From NCBI RefSeq assembly GCF_009914755.1, contig NC_060929.1: a DNA stretch of 64,000 nucleotides; one strand, written 5' to 3'. Shown here piece after piece: positions 1 to 13,260 of the stretch (position 1 is its first letter; every line of letters starts with the position of its first letter). A program made the position numbers and the translations under genes. Source of the stretch: the human T2T-CHM13v2.0 reference genome, Homo sapiens. The notes beneath the pieces are model-generated. The model saw only the letters and a program-made list of their open reading frames with translations. It did no database searches and had not been told where the DNA came from.

Positions 1-596
1 GATGTTGAACATGGGCCATTTCAGGTAATCTATCATAAAATGGCTCAACAATGCCAAGTTTCTTTAAACCCCTTTCTGAATGTGTTTTCTTACTCAAAAG
101 CAACTGCTTTGTGGAGTGACCCCTGCACCTGGTGTGTCAAGATTCAATAACTAATTGAATACACAGTGATTTCGGTTCTCCACCTGAGACAGCACTGATA
201 ATGAAATGGAGACCTATCTCAGACAGCAGAACCTATAAATTAGCTTAGTAGTCCATCAATCTAAGCCCTGTCAAAAAAAAATGAGAGAAAGAGAAAAAAA
301 GAATAACTGTTAGAAAATTATACCCTTCCACATTTGTATCCAACAAGCAAATAATCATCAGCACACTGAATCTGTGTTAGGAAGGGGAATAAATATAGCC
401 TTCTATTAAAATCCTTAGCACATAGAAAGAAATGAAAGCACTTACTTGGGCTGAACACATTTTATTTAACAATGAAGGTCTAAATCCCAATTTTATCTTC
501 ACTGTCATGAGTACTCCCTATTTTTATATATAATAGGTACTATTGTACAAAATATATGCTCCTTACAGTATAAGGGTGAGGCAATCTAACAAATCT

Positions 597-987
597 GATG
601 CTTCAGGTGAGTTGCCAGAGACACAGGCTCTGAAATAAAGTTTAGTATGCGTAAAGTTTATTAGGAAATGTCCCAGGAAGGGAATGAAGGTGGATCATGT
701 GGAGGAAGAAGCTGGGCTCCAGTGCAGGAATACCAAAACCTCAGCCTCCTTCATGAGGAGCCTGATGTTTGGATTTACCCTCCAAGTTGCCCAGATTTGG
801 GATCAGACTCATATACTTGAACAGTCCTTGTATGAATGCTGCTCCAAGGAGGCACCATGACATTGGCCGTGGAGTCTCAGAGTGGGCTTGGGCATCAAAG
901 GCTTAGCTGAGAGCACTTTCTACACTGTAGGGAACAATCTTGGGACTCCTGGAAAGCGGGCCTGAACACAGCACAGTGTTCACTACA
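597..987 (-). mobile_element. Ancient ERVL-class LTR (LTR33/LTR16-like), degraded
   Basis: 'ttcaggtgagttgccagagacacaggctctgaaataaag...aagtttattaggaaatgtcccaggaag' resembles the reverse-strand 3' end of old ERVL LTRs; family assignment uncertain. Confidence 0.5.
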
Positions 988-1394
988 TCAGGAAAGTGAC
1001 AGCTGTCACAAGCTACGGTAAGCATCCAGACAGATTCAGGAATAAAACAAAGAGTTCAGGAGAAATCTGGGTAGTTAACTGTTGTATTTCTTCCCAGAAT
1101 AAGTGCTACTGAAACCCCTTGAACGTGAATGTCCCACTGTTAATTTCCTGATTTTTTTTATTCTTTAGGCATTCTTTGGTAAGATGAAGTAGTTTGACTC
1201 TACATAGGCATATCATAAATTTCACATGAGAGTTTAACAAAGAGAGGTTTTTAATAACATCCTCCAGAGCAGAGTGTACGTAAGCTCAGAAAATGGTCAG
1301 TCACAGGTGTCATCACCTTCCCAGGGTTGTTTGTTGTTGTTCATGGAATATTCTGGAAAGAAATAGGTAAGCTACTACAGACCACGCAGGTTGG

Positions 1395-1767
1395 TTTTGT
1401 GGACTGAATTCTGTCCCTTGCCAAAATCCATACGTTGAAGCCCTAATCCCCAAAATGACTGTATTTGAAGATAGGACCATTATGGAGGTAATTAAGTTTA
1501 AATGATATAAAAAAGGTGATGCCCTAATCCAATATAACTGGCGTCTAAGAGGAGGATGAGCTACCACAGTTCTAGTTCTCTCTACATGAGCACGGAGGAA
1601 GGAAGGCCACGTGAGGATACAGCGAAGATGTTTATTAGACCAGAAACTGATTTGGTCAACACATCAAGCATGGACTTCTAGCCTCCAGAGCTGTGAGAAA
1701 ATATTTCTGTTGTTTAAGCCAGACTATCTGTACAATTTCATTATGGCAGCCCAAGCAGACTAATATA
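1395..1767 (+). mobile_element. MaLR solo LTR, MLT1A/B-like
   Basis: 'tggactgaattctgtccc...ttgaagccctaatcccc' start; 'ggacttctagcctccagagctgtgagaaaat...ttatggcagcccaagcagactaata' end. Confidence 0.85.
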
Positions 1768-1887
1768 GCTGGTTACATGGTTAGCAAATAGAGGGGCCAT
1801 CAGTTTAGTCTCTTTGCACTACATAAAACTGGAGATAATGAATAAAGAAAGACAACTTGCATGTAAAAACAAGTTACAGGAGTTTGA

Positions 1888-1925
1888 ATAGTTGACATAA
1901 ATTAGTTGACATGAAATAGTTGACT
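1888..1925. repeat. 14-bp period short tandem repeat (~2.7 copies)
   Basis: TAGTTGAC core three times at 14-bp spacing. Confidence 0.8.
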
Positions 1926-2051
1926 ATTACAAGCATAGGCAGTTAACTGGTGCTTTAGAAGAAAATTATATTACAGGATGCGAAAACCTTCTCAAAGGAA
2001 AGATGTGAAGAAAAGTTCGGGATAATGTGGCATTGACATGTTAATCTAGGT

Positions 2052-2279
2052 CAAGTCTTCAAAACCTTAGCACTATTGACATTTTGGGCCTGATAATTCT
2101 TTGTTGTTGGGGGCTGTCCTGTGTGTTGTAGAATATCTAGTAGCATCCGTGGGTTCTACCCACTAGGCGCCAGCAGCAATCCTTATCCCAAAGTGATGAC
2201 AATCAAAAATGTCTCCAGACATTGCCAGAAGTCCCCTAGGAGACAAAATTGTCTCCCTACCTCTTTTTGAAAACAATTG
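2052..2279. mobile_element. MER20 hAT-Charlie DNA transposon
   Basis: 'gcactattgacattttgggcc...gggggctgtcctgtg...acaatcaaaaatgtctccagacattgcca' matches the MER20 consensus. Confidence 0.9.
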
Positions 2280-4051
2280 ATCTTTAAATAATATATTCTC
2301 AGAGATAGCCAGGAATATGAGTGCATGCACTGTTAAGGTAAGCCTAGGGAGGAACTGTGTTTTAATTACACATTAAAAACAAAACAAAACAAAAAAAAAA
2401 GAGCTGTTTTGTGTGTGGTGTCTTTTGTTCCTTGAATGAATGTGTTCCTCACTATATATTTGTCATTTGCTAAGTCAAAGTCAAGGTAGTTGTGTGTGCA
2501 ATGGAAATGGTGTAATTGGAAATGATGAAAATTGGGTGTAGAAAGAATGAAAAACATAATGGAGAAAGTCGCTGGCTGTTTAATGTAATCCTCAGGAGAT
2601 TTTTTAACTTCAGGGGTGGTTTATCACTGGAAATATCTAATAGTTACATTTTTAAAAGGCAAATATGATAATCAAGTCTTTCTTCGACTATGTGATAAGA
2701 GCCAAATTATTTCATTCTTTATCTGAATTTTTAATAGAAGTTTTGAATGTTTGCATATATTAGGAGTCCTTTTCTCATTTTGCAAATATGTGAATTGAAG
2801 AAAATGCAATTTAATGTTACCTGATTCTAAGCTACTGCATATGTTATGTTGCATGAGACACTAATATAACATAATGTTAGATAATGAAATGGACATTTCA
2901 GATTATGCTATCACTTCTTTTTTCTCTTAGGGACAGATTTCTTATGATGGTTAAATGTTTAATGCTATATGAGGTTTATTAAGCAGAAGCATCCCATTTC
3001 CTTTCACACACTTAGAAAATAAACATTGTGCCGGATTTATCTGTTCCCACAGCTGTGTGTTTGTAAATGTCAGAGCAAGACATGTTATGTTAGATTGGAA
3101 TCTATTATCATTCATGACAAAAAGTTGCATTTGAATAGTTATGAGTAAGGGACAGAAAGCAACTAAAGGAAATTCACAATTACATTCTTCTAGAACCTAA
3201 AGCAATAATAAAAGAATCTATGATTTGCCTAGTTTTTATGAAAAATTTGCTTTCAAATTTCTTGTCTTTCTTGGTCTTGTGCCAATTTTTGAAACCCCAA
3301 GTAGGTTTATATTCAAGGCTTTTTCTTGTAGGCAATGGAAATGTTAACTGTCTTTGTAGTTGTAGATTGTGTTTAGCTTAGTTGTTTTCAGATCCTATTC
3401 CTCTTCCCTCAATGAAATGAGTATTACATCCATCAACCAAAGGTAGCATTGCTGTCCATTTGCAAGTGACTACGTAACCAGCAAGAGAAACAAAAATGCA
3501 GCGTTTTAAGAAATGAACAGTAACAGTCACCAAAATAAATTATCACAGTAGTCTTTCAGCAACATTAGACTCCTATTTCCTGAATACTTTTGATTTATTT
3601 TCTATTTGTGTTCTTTATACTTTCTTCCAACTGAATACCTTCATACCTTCAGTCTCTGATTAAATGATTCTGAATTTAAATGCCATCTCTTTTATGACAT
3701 CTTTAGAGACCAGAAAATCCATTGTTTTTTAAAAAAAATTCTAGGTTCCCTTGGCCTTCAACTCCTGTGAACAACATGCTTTCCCTTTTACTGATAGCTT
3801 CCCACCTCAGCTCCTGGTGTTCAGTCATTAACCAACCATTTTTATTTCCAGATGTTCTTCTTTTACCTGGACATAAAATGGCTCCAGGATGGCTTTGTCA
3901 CTCAAGTCCTCTATATCTGTGTTGGGAAACAATTCTCCATGAATCTTTTCTAATTCTATGTCTTTTGGGCAGAGGCACTTTCTGCGTTTGTGCTAGACTC
4001 TCTTTTCAAGATGTATGTATAGGGAGCAATCTTAGAAGATGGAAAATTTCA

Positions 4052-4349
<298 letters not shown>

Positions 4350-4606
4350 GAAAATTTCTACCTCTAGAATAAAGACTGATTTGTTTACTGTTCAGTATAA
4401 TAGAGATAATATTTCCCTCTGATGCAAAGATCATACAGACTACTATTGCTCATTATAAAAGACATGTGTTTCCTAAGCTCAGGATTCCTCTCCTGTAGTA
4501 CATCCCACTGTGTGTTCAAGTCTCACTTGGTCTACTTTATATAACTCTGTGAGAAGTTGGGTTTCCACTTCTAGTGCAAATGCTGATTATCTGGCTAGGT
4601 CTGTCT

Positions 4607-4946
<340 letters not shown>

Positions 4947-6139
4947 TGAGTAATTAATCATCTTTTGTTTCTGACCCAGGAGCCTTGTGTCTCCTGTCAG
5001 TCTTTCTAAAACTGGGACAGTCTAACTTGCTAGCTTGCAAGTAGGATAAAGTTTCAGCCCCTTAACAATTCTTGACATTCTGGTCCATGGAAAATGTTTA
5101 CCCAGTCTTCCTCAGTGTTAGTGGGCCTGTAGTGACTTCTTAAACACTGCCCTCTTCTGTCTTCCTTTCTGCCTTATCTTCAGATTCTTAAGGCATGCAT
5201 CAGATCATAGTCAATTATTAATTCAAACTCGAGGAAAACATCTCAGACTTCCCCAATGATCCCATTGTACTTCTCTCTGGAGTTGTGTTGAAGGAAACAG
5301 CATTCATTCCCCTTAAATGGGAGATCATGATTGGATGCTTCCAAATATGCTTCTTGCCAAATAATTTTGTTAATGTTTTTTTCCTCCACTCCTTTGATCT
5401 TTTTATATTCTCAACCTGAACAAGAGTACCCAAGAAGGGCCCAAGAATACCTTTCGATATATTCTCACTAATTTATTTGATATCTATCACAGGAGGGGCT
5501 TGGTAGAAACTGAAGCAAGGAAAATCGCAATTTTCTTTTTATGTATAGTTCAAATGTGCAATATCTATATATTAATAAAACTTTTCTGAGTAAGTTATTA
5601 AAACATACATAATAAATATAAGCATCAAATTCAGGCAAATATAAACCCCCATCCAAGAAAAGAGAATAAGCGGAATGGGATGAAAGAAGAGAAACAGGTG
5701 CCTTCCACTGTATCTGTAAAAGTAGAGGTAGATTTGGGAACAAATGACAAAATGGTAACATTTGACATACGATAGAACTGAGTGCTAAACACGTGGTATT
5801 TGCTATCTTAATGTCTGTACCTTTCTCAATTCTTGACAATTTATCGTAAGCATATAATAAGTAAAGTTTATGGTGCTATATTTGCTTTCATAGTTCAGAA
5901 TTATGATTTGGTTTCCTAATACTTGAATGACAATCTGGCTTTTATATACTACTTGGGATCCACTTCACTTCTCAGAGTTCTAAATTCATCGCTCTGTAGT
6001 CTTCTGAGGTTGAATATTGCCTTAGTTTAAGTCAAGGCCAGTAATACCATCTTTTTTTTGGTTGAAGTTTTTTTTTTGCCTATTTATAAGATTCCTTTTG
6101 AATGCCATATTTATCATCATTTTAATCTAATTTAGTTCA

Positions 6140-6380
6140 TAATAGCCAGTATTTTTTATTCCTTTCTATGTATTGAGCATGGCTTTAAACAATTATATTA
6201 AATTGTTTAATCCTGATTGTAACGATATAAGGTATGAGACATTATAGATGACCCTTTATATAGAGAGAAACAGGCACACAAAGTACATTATCCCAATTTA
6301 TACAGTAATTGGTAACCTGCTTTTAAGCATAGGCAATATTGCTCCAGAGCTTGTAGTCTTAGACACTATGCTATGTTGCC
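6140..6380 (-). mobile_element. MIR SINE relic
   Basis: 'ttatatagagagaaacaggcac...ctccagagcttgtagtcttagacactatgc' resembles reverse MIR core and 5' end. Confidence 0.6.
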
Positions 6381-7843
6381 TTTCAAATTATGCATTAATT
6401 GCTTAGGTAAAACATAAATACATATTTATTTTATAAGCATTAAAATAAAATATATATCAGAAATTCTCATGTTCATGAACTCAATCTGCCTAACGTTTTC
6501 AGGTATTGCAGAGCATTCCAAATATTCATATGCCATAATTTGTTTAACCCATCTGTTTATTGACATTCCACAATTAAGCCTTAAAGGCACACAAAAATAT
6601 AAGTGATTTATAGTTATTTTGTAAATGAGGTATATATATTTCTTATATTCAGTTGATGAAAATAGTACTGGTATGATATGCTGCCCTCTGATAGGCATCT
6701 TTCTTCACTGCCAGAGACACACAAGACACACTAGAATAAGAAAGTGACTTCCTCTGGATTGAGCAGATTTAGGCTGCGCTGGATTTTTTCTTAATTTCTT
6801 GTTTACCAAGATTGGAAAGATGATAGTATACACTTTCAGGATTCTCAGCACTATATCATATGTGTCAATAACTATTATAAAATACATACTTGAGTGGACC
6901 AATTATAAACTGGATTTAAGAGATAATCCAGTTAGGTGCTTGTCAAATTGCTGTTGTCAGGAACTCTTCAATTTAAGGCTAGTTCTCTTGTCTCAAAGTT
7001 TATCCTTGCAAACACCTTGTCTGAGAAGTAAGTGTCATTTGGCCACTTGAGTCTTTCATTTGCAAAGGGTTAACCTGTTGGATATAAAGTAGACACTGAC
7101 TGTTTCCCTGATTGAGCTTGAGCAAAGGAATTGAACCTCTACATTGTATTTTTGTCTTACCTTTCATTCTATCTTAGCTTGTGCCAACCTACTCTTCAGG
7201 GAATATTTAGTTTGTGCTTGTCAAAGCTCCTTAATTTTCTTAGCTGAAAGGTGTTCTAATAAATAGATTAATGTTAACATAATAATTTGAATGAGAATAA
7301 AGAGATAGGAATAATGAACTCAGAACCTTTAGCTAGCTCATTTAAAAATGAAGATATTAGATCGTAGATGAAGATCCTCTGTAAGCATGGTATTTGCATA
7401 CAGGGTTATGAGGATTTGATAGCAGGGCTTAACCGTCTTATCCATAGATTTTATGTGTTTAAGAAAAGCCGTAATTTAGAGTTCTGTATTTTCTGTGGCA
7501 GTTAAATGATTTAAGTGAATCCTGAAACAGGCCCTTTCTGTTAATTTCAGAAATAAATAGCATGTTTTAGGCAATTATTCAAAGGACGTTTTTCTTTAAG
7601 CTGATGGCAGGAGATAGAAAGGAGATTTATTTCAAAACAAGTTGAATATTCCCTCAGTATGTGTGATTGCCACTCCAACAATAATAGGAAATTAAGTTTC
7701 CGTAATGATACCAGTTTCTTCAACTAGAATCAACAGGAGGGTTTCTCCACTCCACTGAAGACTATCATAAGCATAAGACGTTTGAAAAAATAAAATTGTT
7801 TCAGGTTTACTTCAATTCGAATCTCAAGAGTAAACTGTTTACA

Positions 7844-8010
7844 CAATAATTTGTGATAAAATTCAAAATAACCAGAGGATTTGGAATGTCTCAACACAAA
7901 GAAATGATAAATGTTTGTGGTAATAGATATGCCAATTACCTTGATTTAATCATTGCACATTGTATTGAAAATATCATATGTAGCTGATAAATATGTACAA
8001 TTATGTGTCA
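7844..8010 (+). mobile_element. Short L1MA-type 3' end fragment
   Basis: 'caacacaaagaaatgataaatgtttg...gccaattaccttgatttaatcattgcacattgta'; 18-bp flanking repeat aagagtaaactgtttaca / aagaataaactggttaca. Confidence 0.85.
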
Positions 8011-8949
8011 AAGAATAAACTGGTTACATGTACAAAGAAGGTGGTAGGCGTGGGAAGGACTGAAAATAAGTGCATTTATCTTTTTTTTTTTTTTTTTTGC
8101 CTCTAATACAACTGTAAAAACATGAGTCCTAACAACTGAGAATCTTGGTGAAAGTTTAACAGTTTCTGGGGTATTTGTTATTTTCACTATTCTATCAAAC
8201 TAATTTGTTTCTTTCAACTTGAGAATCCTTTCTCACTTCTCTAGATCTCTAAGAAATTGTTTTATCTTTTCATTTTGAATCTGGTTCCATCTAACTCAGT
8301 CTTGGGGTTCCTTAACTAGTGCTTTTCTTAACTAGTATTGTAAACTTACCAACATCCTTTGAATCCTGTTCCTTATGATGTTTACAGTGATAGGTAACAT
8401 TTAGTGAATAGACAGACCATTTCCCCAACATCTCAGTGGCAATATTTCTTCTTTAGTAAGTGAATGGAGTCACTTACTAAAGTCACTTACTAAGTCAAAA
8501 GTAAAGGCAGATTTAAGTAATGGTGATTCAAATGATAGCCAGAACACAGGAGAGAGGCCACTAGGACTTTTTTACCACTACTCAGTGAAGAATTTGAGGA
8601 GTTGAGTTCCAGCTGTCAGAGGTGGGAGTGTTAGTTCTATCTAGAATGCAGTGGTGTCACAACATTCTCCAAGCACTGACACTAGGCCAATGGTGGTCCC
8701 AGGTTAAATGGAACAGTCATTGAAAATGCTATAGCTGGCTGATGAACAAGAGAGATCGGAGTTGGAATAAGGTATGTTGCAGTTGGGAACTGGGACAGTA
8801 AATGAAAGCATTTAAGAACAGCTATTTTTAGGGAAAATTTTAGTCTGATAGGAAAAAAAAAATAGATATTTAAAAAGAGCTGAGCCCCGGTGATCTCAAA
8901 ATACATTCTTTTGTCATTACATCACATTAAAGCCTACCATATAGGCATT

Positions 8950-9061
8950 TGTGGTGGAGAATGCCTAGTTGTTTAAATCAATTGCTCTTCCCTTCTGGAG
9001 GCATAAGGAAATATTTTCCAAGCTCCATTGCAATTGAGTGAGGCCATGTGACTGAGTTCTG
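8950..9061 (+). mobile_element. Old MaLR/ERVL LTR 5' fragment
   Basis: 'ttccaagctccattgcaattgagtgaggccatgtgactgagttctg' motif typical of MLT1I/J- and LTR16-type LTRs. Confidence 0.5.
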
Positions 9062-10416
9062 TAATTGCATTAGCAAGATATCAAGAATAAGATGAGAGTG
9101 GTTATGAGAGCTGACATTTTGTATTTTAGTAATTTAAATACTATAGTTTATAATTTTAAAATTTTAGATAATTAGAGGAAGAAAATTAAATATGCATTAT
9201 TTCATTTTTACTGGCATGCCAAATATAGACTGGACATTTTATATCATCACATGCCATTTTAGAATTTATAGAGAGGACCAGAGGCAACTCCCAAGTGGAT
9301 AGGCTCATAAAATGAATAAGCAGAACAAAGATAACCTGGAAAATATTTTCTGAACCTAGATGGCTTCAATTTCTGATAAGCTGAATAAATACTCATTGGA
9401 CCTTCACTAGCTTTATCTCTTCTCTGCCTTGCCTGCCTAATGAAAATACCACTAAAGTAATTCTTGAGAGTTGTCTTTTCTTTTCCACAGGCACAGGCAT
9501 AACTTTTCATATTATATAACACTTTTTTAATTTTAAGAAAAATGGAATACATGCAGAAATCATGAAAAGTGAGATTACAATTTGTGACTTTATGGATAGA
9601 ACCGGGTGTTTGCTCCTTAGTTGCCCCAAACTCAGCTATAAGAACAGTTGCTTCATGCAAGTAATAATTAGTTTAAGTGTTTCAACAGGTCAGTTTTTCA
9701 ATAGTCTCTATCCATTAAAGTTATTTTAGCCTCCAAATGTGTTCATATGTCTTCAAGAGTTTATCCTAAAATACCCTGAAATAGCTCACAGAGTATGAAC
9801 TCTTGAATTTAATAAACTTTGAATTAAACAGAAAAAGATCAAGCAAATGTATACGAATTTTCGACTGGTTAAGTAGCACCCTATTGGAAAATTATTGGAA
9901 AGAATCATTCATTTGTATCTGTTTTATAGGAGTCCAAAAATTCATCCACAGCTGAGAGGGTCTCTTTTTCTTAAGGTTAGGATGAGTGTCAGTGAAGAAG
10001 AGGCAGGAAGTATATAGAAATTTTTTCTTTCTCCTACACACGTTAATAGCCCCAGCTATTCTTTGAAAGTATTAAATAAATTCCACTTACTACAGTAGAT
10101 GAAGCTAATCTTCTTTTTATTGGGGAAGAATAAGGACTTAGTTTCTGGATTCTAGTACAGGAATCAAATTTGTCTCCATACTCAAGGTCAACATCCTCCC
10201 TCACCCTTCATACTCTGACATTTACCCTGAAGTTTTACCGGTGCCTGTGCTTTCTGTCCTCAGCATTTGGATTGGATTTGGCTTACTTCCACCCACTCTG
10301 AGTGTTGAACAGACTTGTGATTGCTTTCAATCAGAATAAATAAGGAGATTACTGTGCATAATAAACAAATTGTGGGCTAAGTCCTGTCATAATAATAGTT
10401 TTCATTTTTGTAACAG

Positions 10417-10657
10417 ATTGTTTTGGGAGATCTTGAAGAATTTGAAAATATGGTTTCCCGTGTTTTGCTGATAGGAAAACAAAGTCCCTGGCACCAGTCT
10501 AGGATTACAAATCTCAGAGACTACAGCCGAAAACACAGAACTCGCGTTTTGGAAATTTGGACTCGGTTCATTAGAGCAGGATAATAAAAACATGACCAGG
10601 ATCCCCATCCTCTATTTGGAGGAGGTGGATTTGCTGATTCTGCTAAAGAAATACTTG
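10417..10657 (+). other. Candidate exon of an unidentified transcript
   Basis: Acceptors ttttcatttttgtaacAG (10416) and ttttgctgatAG (10474); donor TTG|GTAAAG (10657/8); 10475-10657 is 61 codons with no stop; several CpGs; no repeat recognised. Confidence 0.3.
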
Positions 10658-11294
10658 GTAAAGAATTTGTTTTCTGTTTTGGGACTCCAAAATCATTTAC
10701 AAAATGCAGAATGTGAATCCTAAAAAATAATAGCAGAGGGTCATATGCTAACTGCCATCTCCAAGGAAAATCTGAAAACAAATTTGCCACTTTGAATAAG
10801 CACTTTTATTTATGCAGTACAATCTATCTGTCAAAACAGCATGAGGCTCTGCTCAGTTAAATATTCTAATACAATTAGCAAAGTAATGTAATTGGCTGGC
10901 CTTAATAGACATCAGCTCTACGGGCAGCATCACTAAAGTTAACAGTCATGCTGGAGATGGGACCGAGAAGCTGCAAATGAAGCCAGATGTACACACAGAG
11001 GGGCTATAGACCCATCAGGATTTCCTGGGGGGAAATATTCATTAAACTGTGCATCTGGTAGAGTGCTTCAAAAATCTGCCCCTCCTTAATGATCCTTTGG
11101 CAGATTTGTTTTTAAAAATACCTCACCCCCATTTGAAAGGTAAATCTATATATGACAGTCTTTAGTAAATTAATATATTATTACCAAAAGTATTGTTAAG
11201 TCAAAATGATAGTTTCTTATAATGGTGGTGATGCAGTGTGACGGAATCCTCCATATCTCGTATTGTTGAAGAAATTTGAAAAAAAAAAAAAAAG

Positions 11295-11795
11295 ATTAAT
11301 GTTCAGATTTACTTATTTTTTGACACTCTTCTCATCAAGAGACCATGGTCTATATCCCTTGTTCCTTCCCCTTAAATCTGGGAAGGCTCTGTGACTGCAG
11401 TGACTAATAGAATATTACTGAGTGGTATGTCAGTTTCGGTACTCAGGCCACAGAGACATACAGTTTCCATTTTCTATCTCAGAACACTCACTTTTGGAAT
11501 TCAGATGTGAGAAAACCCAAGTCCTCTCAGAGAGGATCATGTGCAGAGAAACTGAGGCTCCAGGTGACAGTCCCAGATGAGCTTCCAGCACACAGCCAAC
11601 ACCAAATTGCCATCTTTTAAGTTGTCCACCTACATTGGTCCAGCTGCCTCAGCTGTTTCTGCATAGAGAAGAGCTGAACTACCTCCCCAGATCCCTGCTC
11701 ACATTACAGATTTTTCACCCAAATTATTGAGTGCTGTCATTTGAAGCCACAAAGTTTTAGGGTAATTTGTTATGGCCATGATAGATAATGGAAAT
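11295..11795 (+). mobile_element. MaLR LTR, MLT1G/H-like
   Basis: 'tttgacactcttctcatcaagag...tccccttaaatctgggaaggctctgtgactgc' and end 'tttgaagccacaaagttttagggtaatttgttatgg...atagataatgg'. Confidence 0.75.
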
Positions 11796-12339
11796 GCTCA
11801 TCAACAGGTAGCCAAACACATTGAAAAACACATACATTCTTTCCACAATTTCTTTTCTGTCTGGATTTGAAAACAAATTTCCCTCAATAAAATAACTCAG
11901 TGGCAATTTTCTCCAGGTCAGTGTTTTTAATTTGTAGCCTGAAATCTGTATGTTTAACCTGATACCAAACTTGTTTGTTCTCTAATCCAGTTGTTGCTGT
12001 TCATTTACACTCTATAGATATCTGTGATTCTTCTGAAACTCAGGAAAATACTGCTGGCAGCACCTTCCTTAGTGGTCTCAAAGACTGGAGAAGAAAAGTG
12101 GATTCTCACAAGAGTTAGAGGCCTTTCCTTTGCTGTTGTTTATGTAATTTTGTCTCGCGTGTTTTTATAGGATGTGGTACATCTTATTTCTAAAAATTAG
12201 TTAAGTATATAAATTACCATGATGATTACACTGTAAGTGAATTAATAAGACTCATCCCTGTACCAAAGCTCTGAATTTCCTCTTTCTTCTTATAGATTTC
12301 TTCTGAATTATGGCTTTTCCTTTCACATGTCCAACTTCT

Positions 12340-13260
12340 TGATGCCTACTGACATGCTCACATTTTTCTCTTTCTATAAATTGAATTTATTCCTCAGCCT
12401 AGCTATTCTTCCAAGCTACTGACATTTCTTTCTTATTTTCATTTGTTACCAGGATTCTTTAAAGAGTAGTCCACCCTTGATTTCTCTCCCTTACGTCCCC
12501 ATGGTTCCACTGACATAAGTCGCCAGGTGAACAGTGACCCCATACAAGTTAAGCCTAAAAGATGTTTTTAGGCCCTAGGTTATGCTTTATATGACACACA
12601 ACCTTCATAATCATTTATTTCTTCTTAAAATACTATTTATTTCATCTCCATGGCACTGTCATCTTTGTTTTTCTCCCATCCCTGTGATTGCTCCTTCTTG
12701 AGTTTCTCTTTTTTCCCAGAAGGTGCTTTCTTCCCTCCTTCTAGATGGTCCCCTCCATACACATGGCAAAAATTGCTCTTTGGGCCATATTTCTCTCCTG
12801 AGTTCCAGACCCTTGTATTCAACTACCTATTGGTTGTGTCTACATTTCCCATGTTGAAACTATCATACTCTACTTCCTACCAACCTGTTCAATACTTTGT
12901 TTACAACCTCAGGTAAGTGGCACAATCCTCCATCTAATTGTCCAAGAAAAAAAAAAAAACAGGAATGAAGTTTACTTTCTCTCTATCTCATAATTTCCAA
13001 ATTCAATTAATCACCAAAAGTTCCTTTTCTTACATTCTTAAACTCACCCACTTCTGTCCACTTCTTTCTAGTTGCACTATTCCAACTGTAGTTTAGGCAG
13101 TCATCGCCTCCTGTTTCTGTCTCTCTGCCTCCTTTGTTCACCACTCCAATCCATTTTTTACATTGCAGTCAAAGTAGTCTTTCTAAAATCCAAATCTGAG
13201 CATGACATTTCCCAGTGTAAAAATCTTCAGTGACAACTATTCCCTGTTTGGACATAGTGT
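12340..13260 (+). mobile_element. L2 LINE relic
   Basis: CT-rich with L2 motifs 'ctctcctgagttccagacc...ttcaactacctatt' and 'ctttctaaaatccaaatctgagcatg'. Confidence 0.7.

Noticed and set aside
9259-9660. 133-aa minus-strand ORF
   Set aside because: Non-ATG start, AT-rich composition, no recognisable domain; consistent with chance.
10402-10790. Minus-strand ORFs over the candidate exon
   Set aside because: No recognisable homology and no supporting minus-strand splice signals noticed; the + strand reading has better support.
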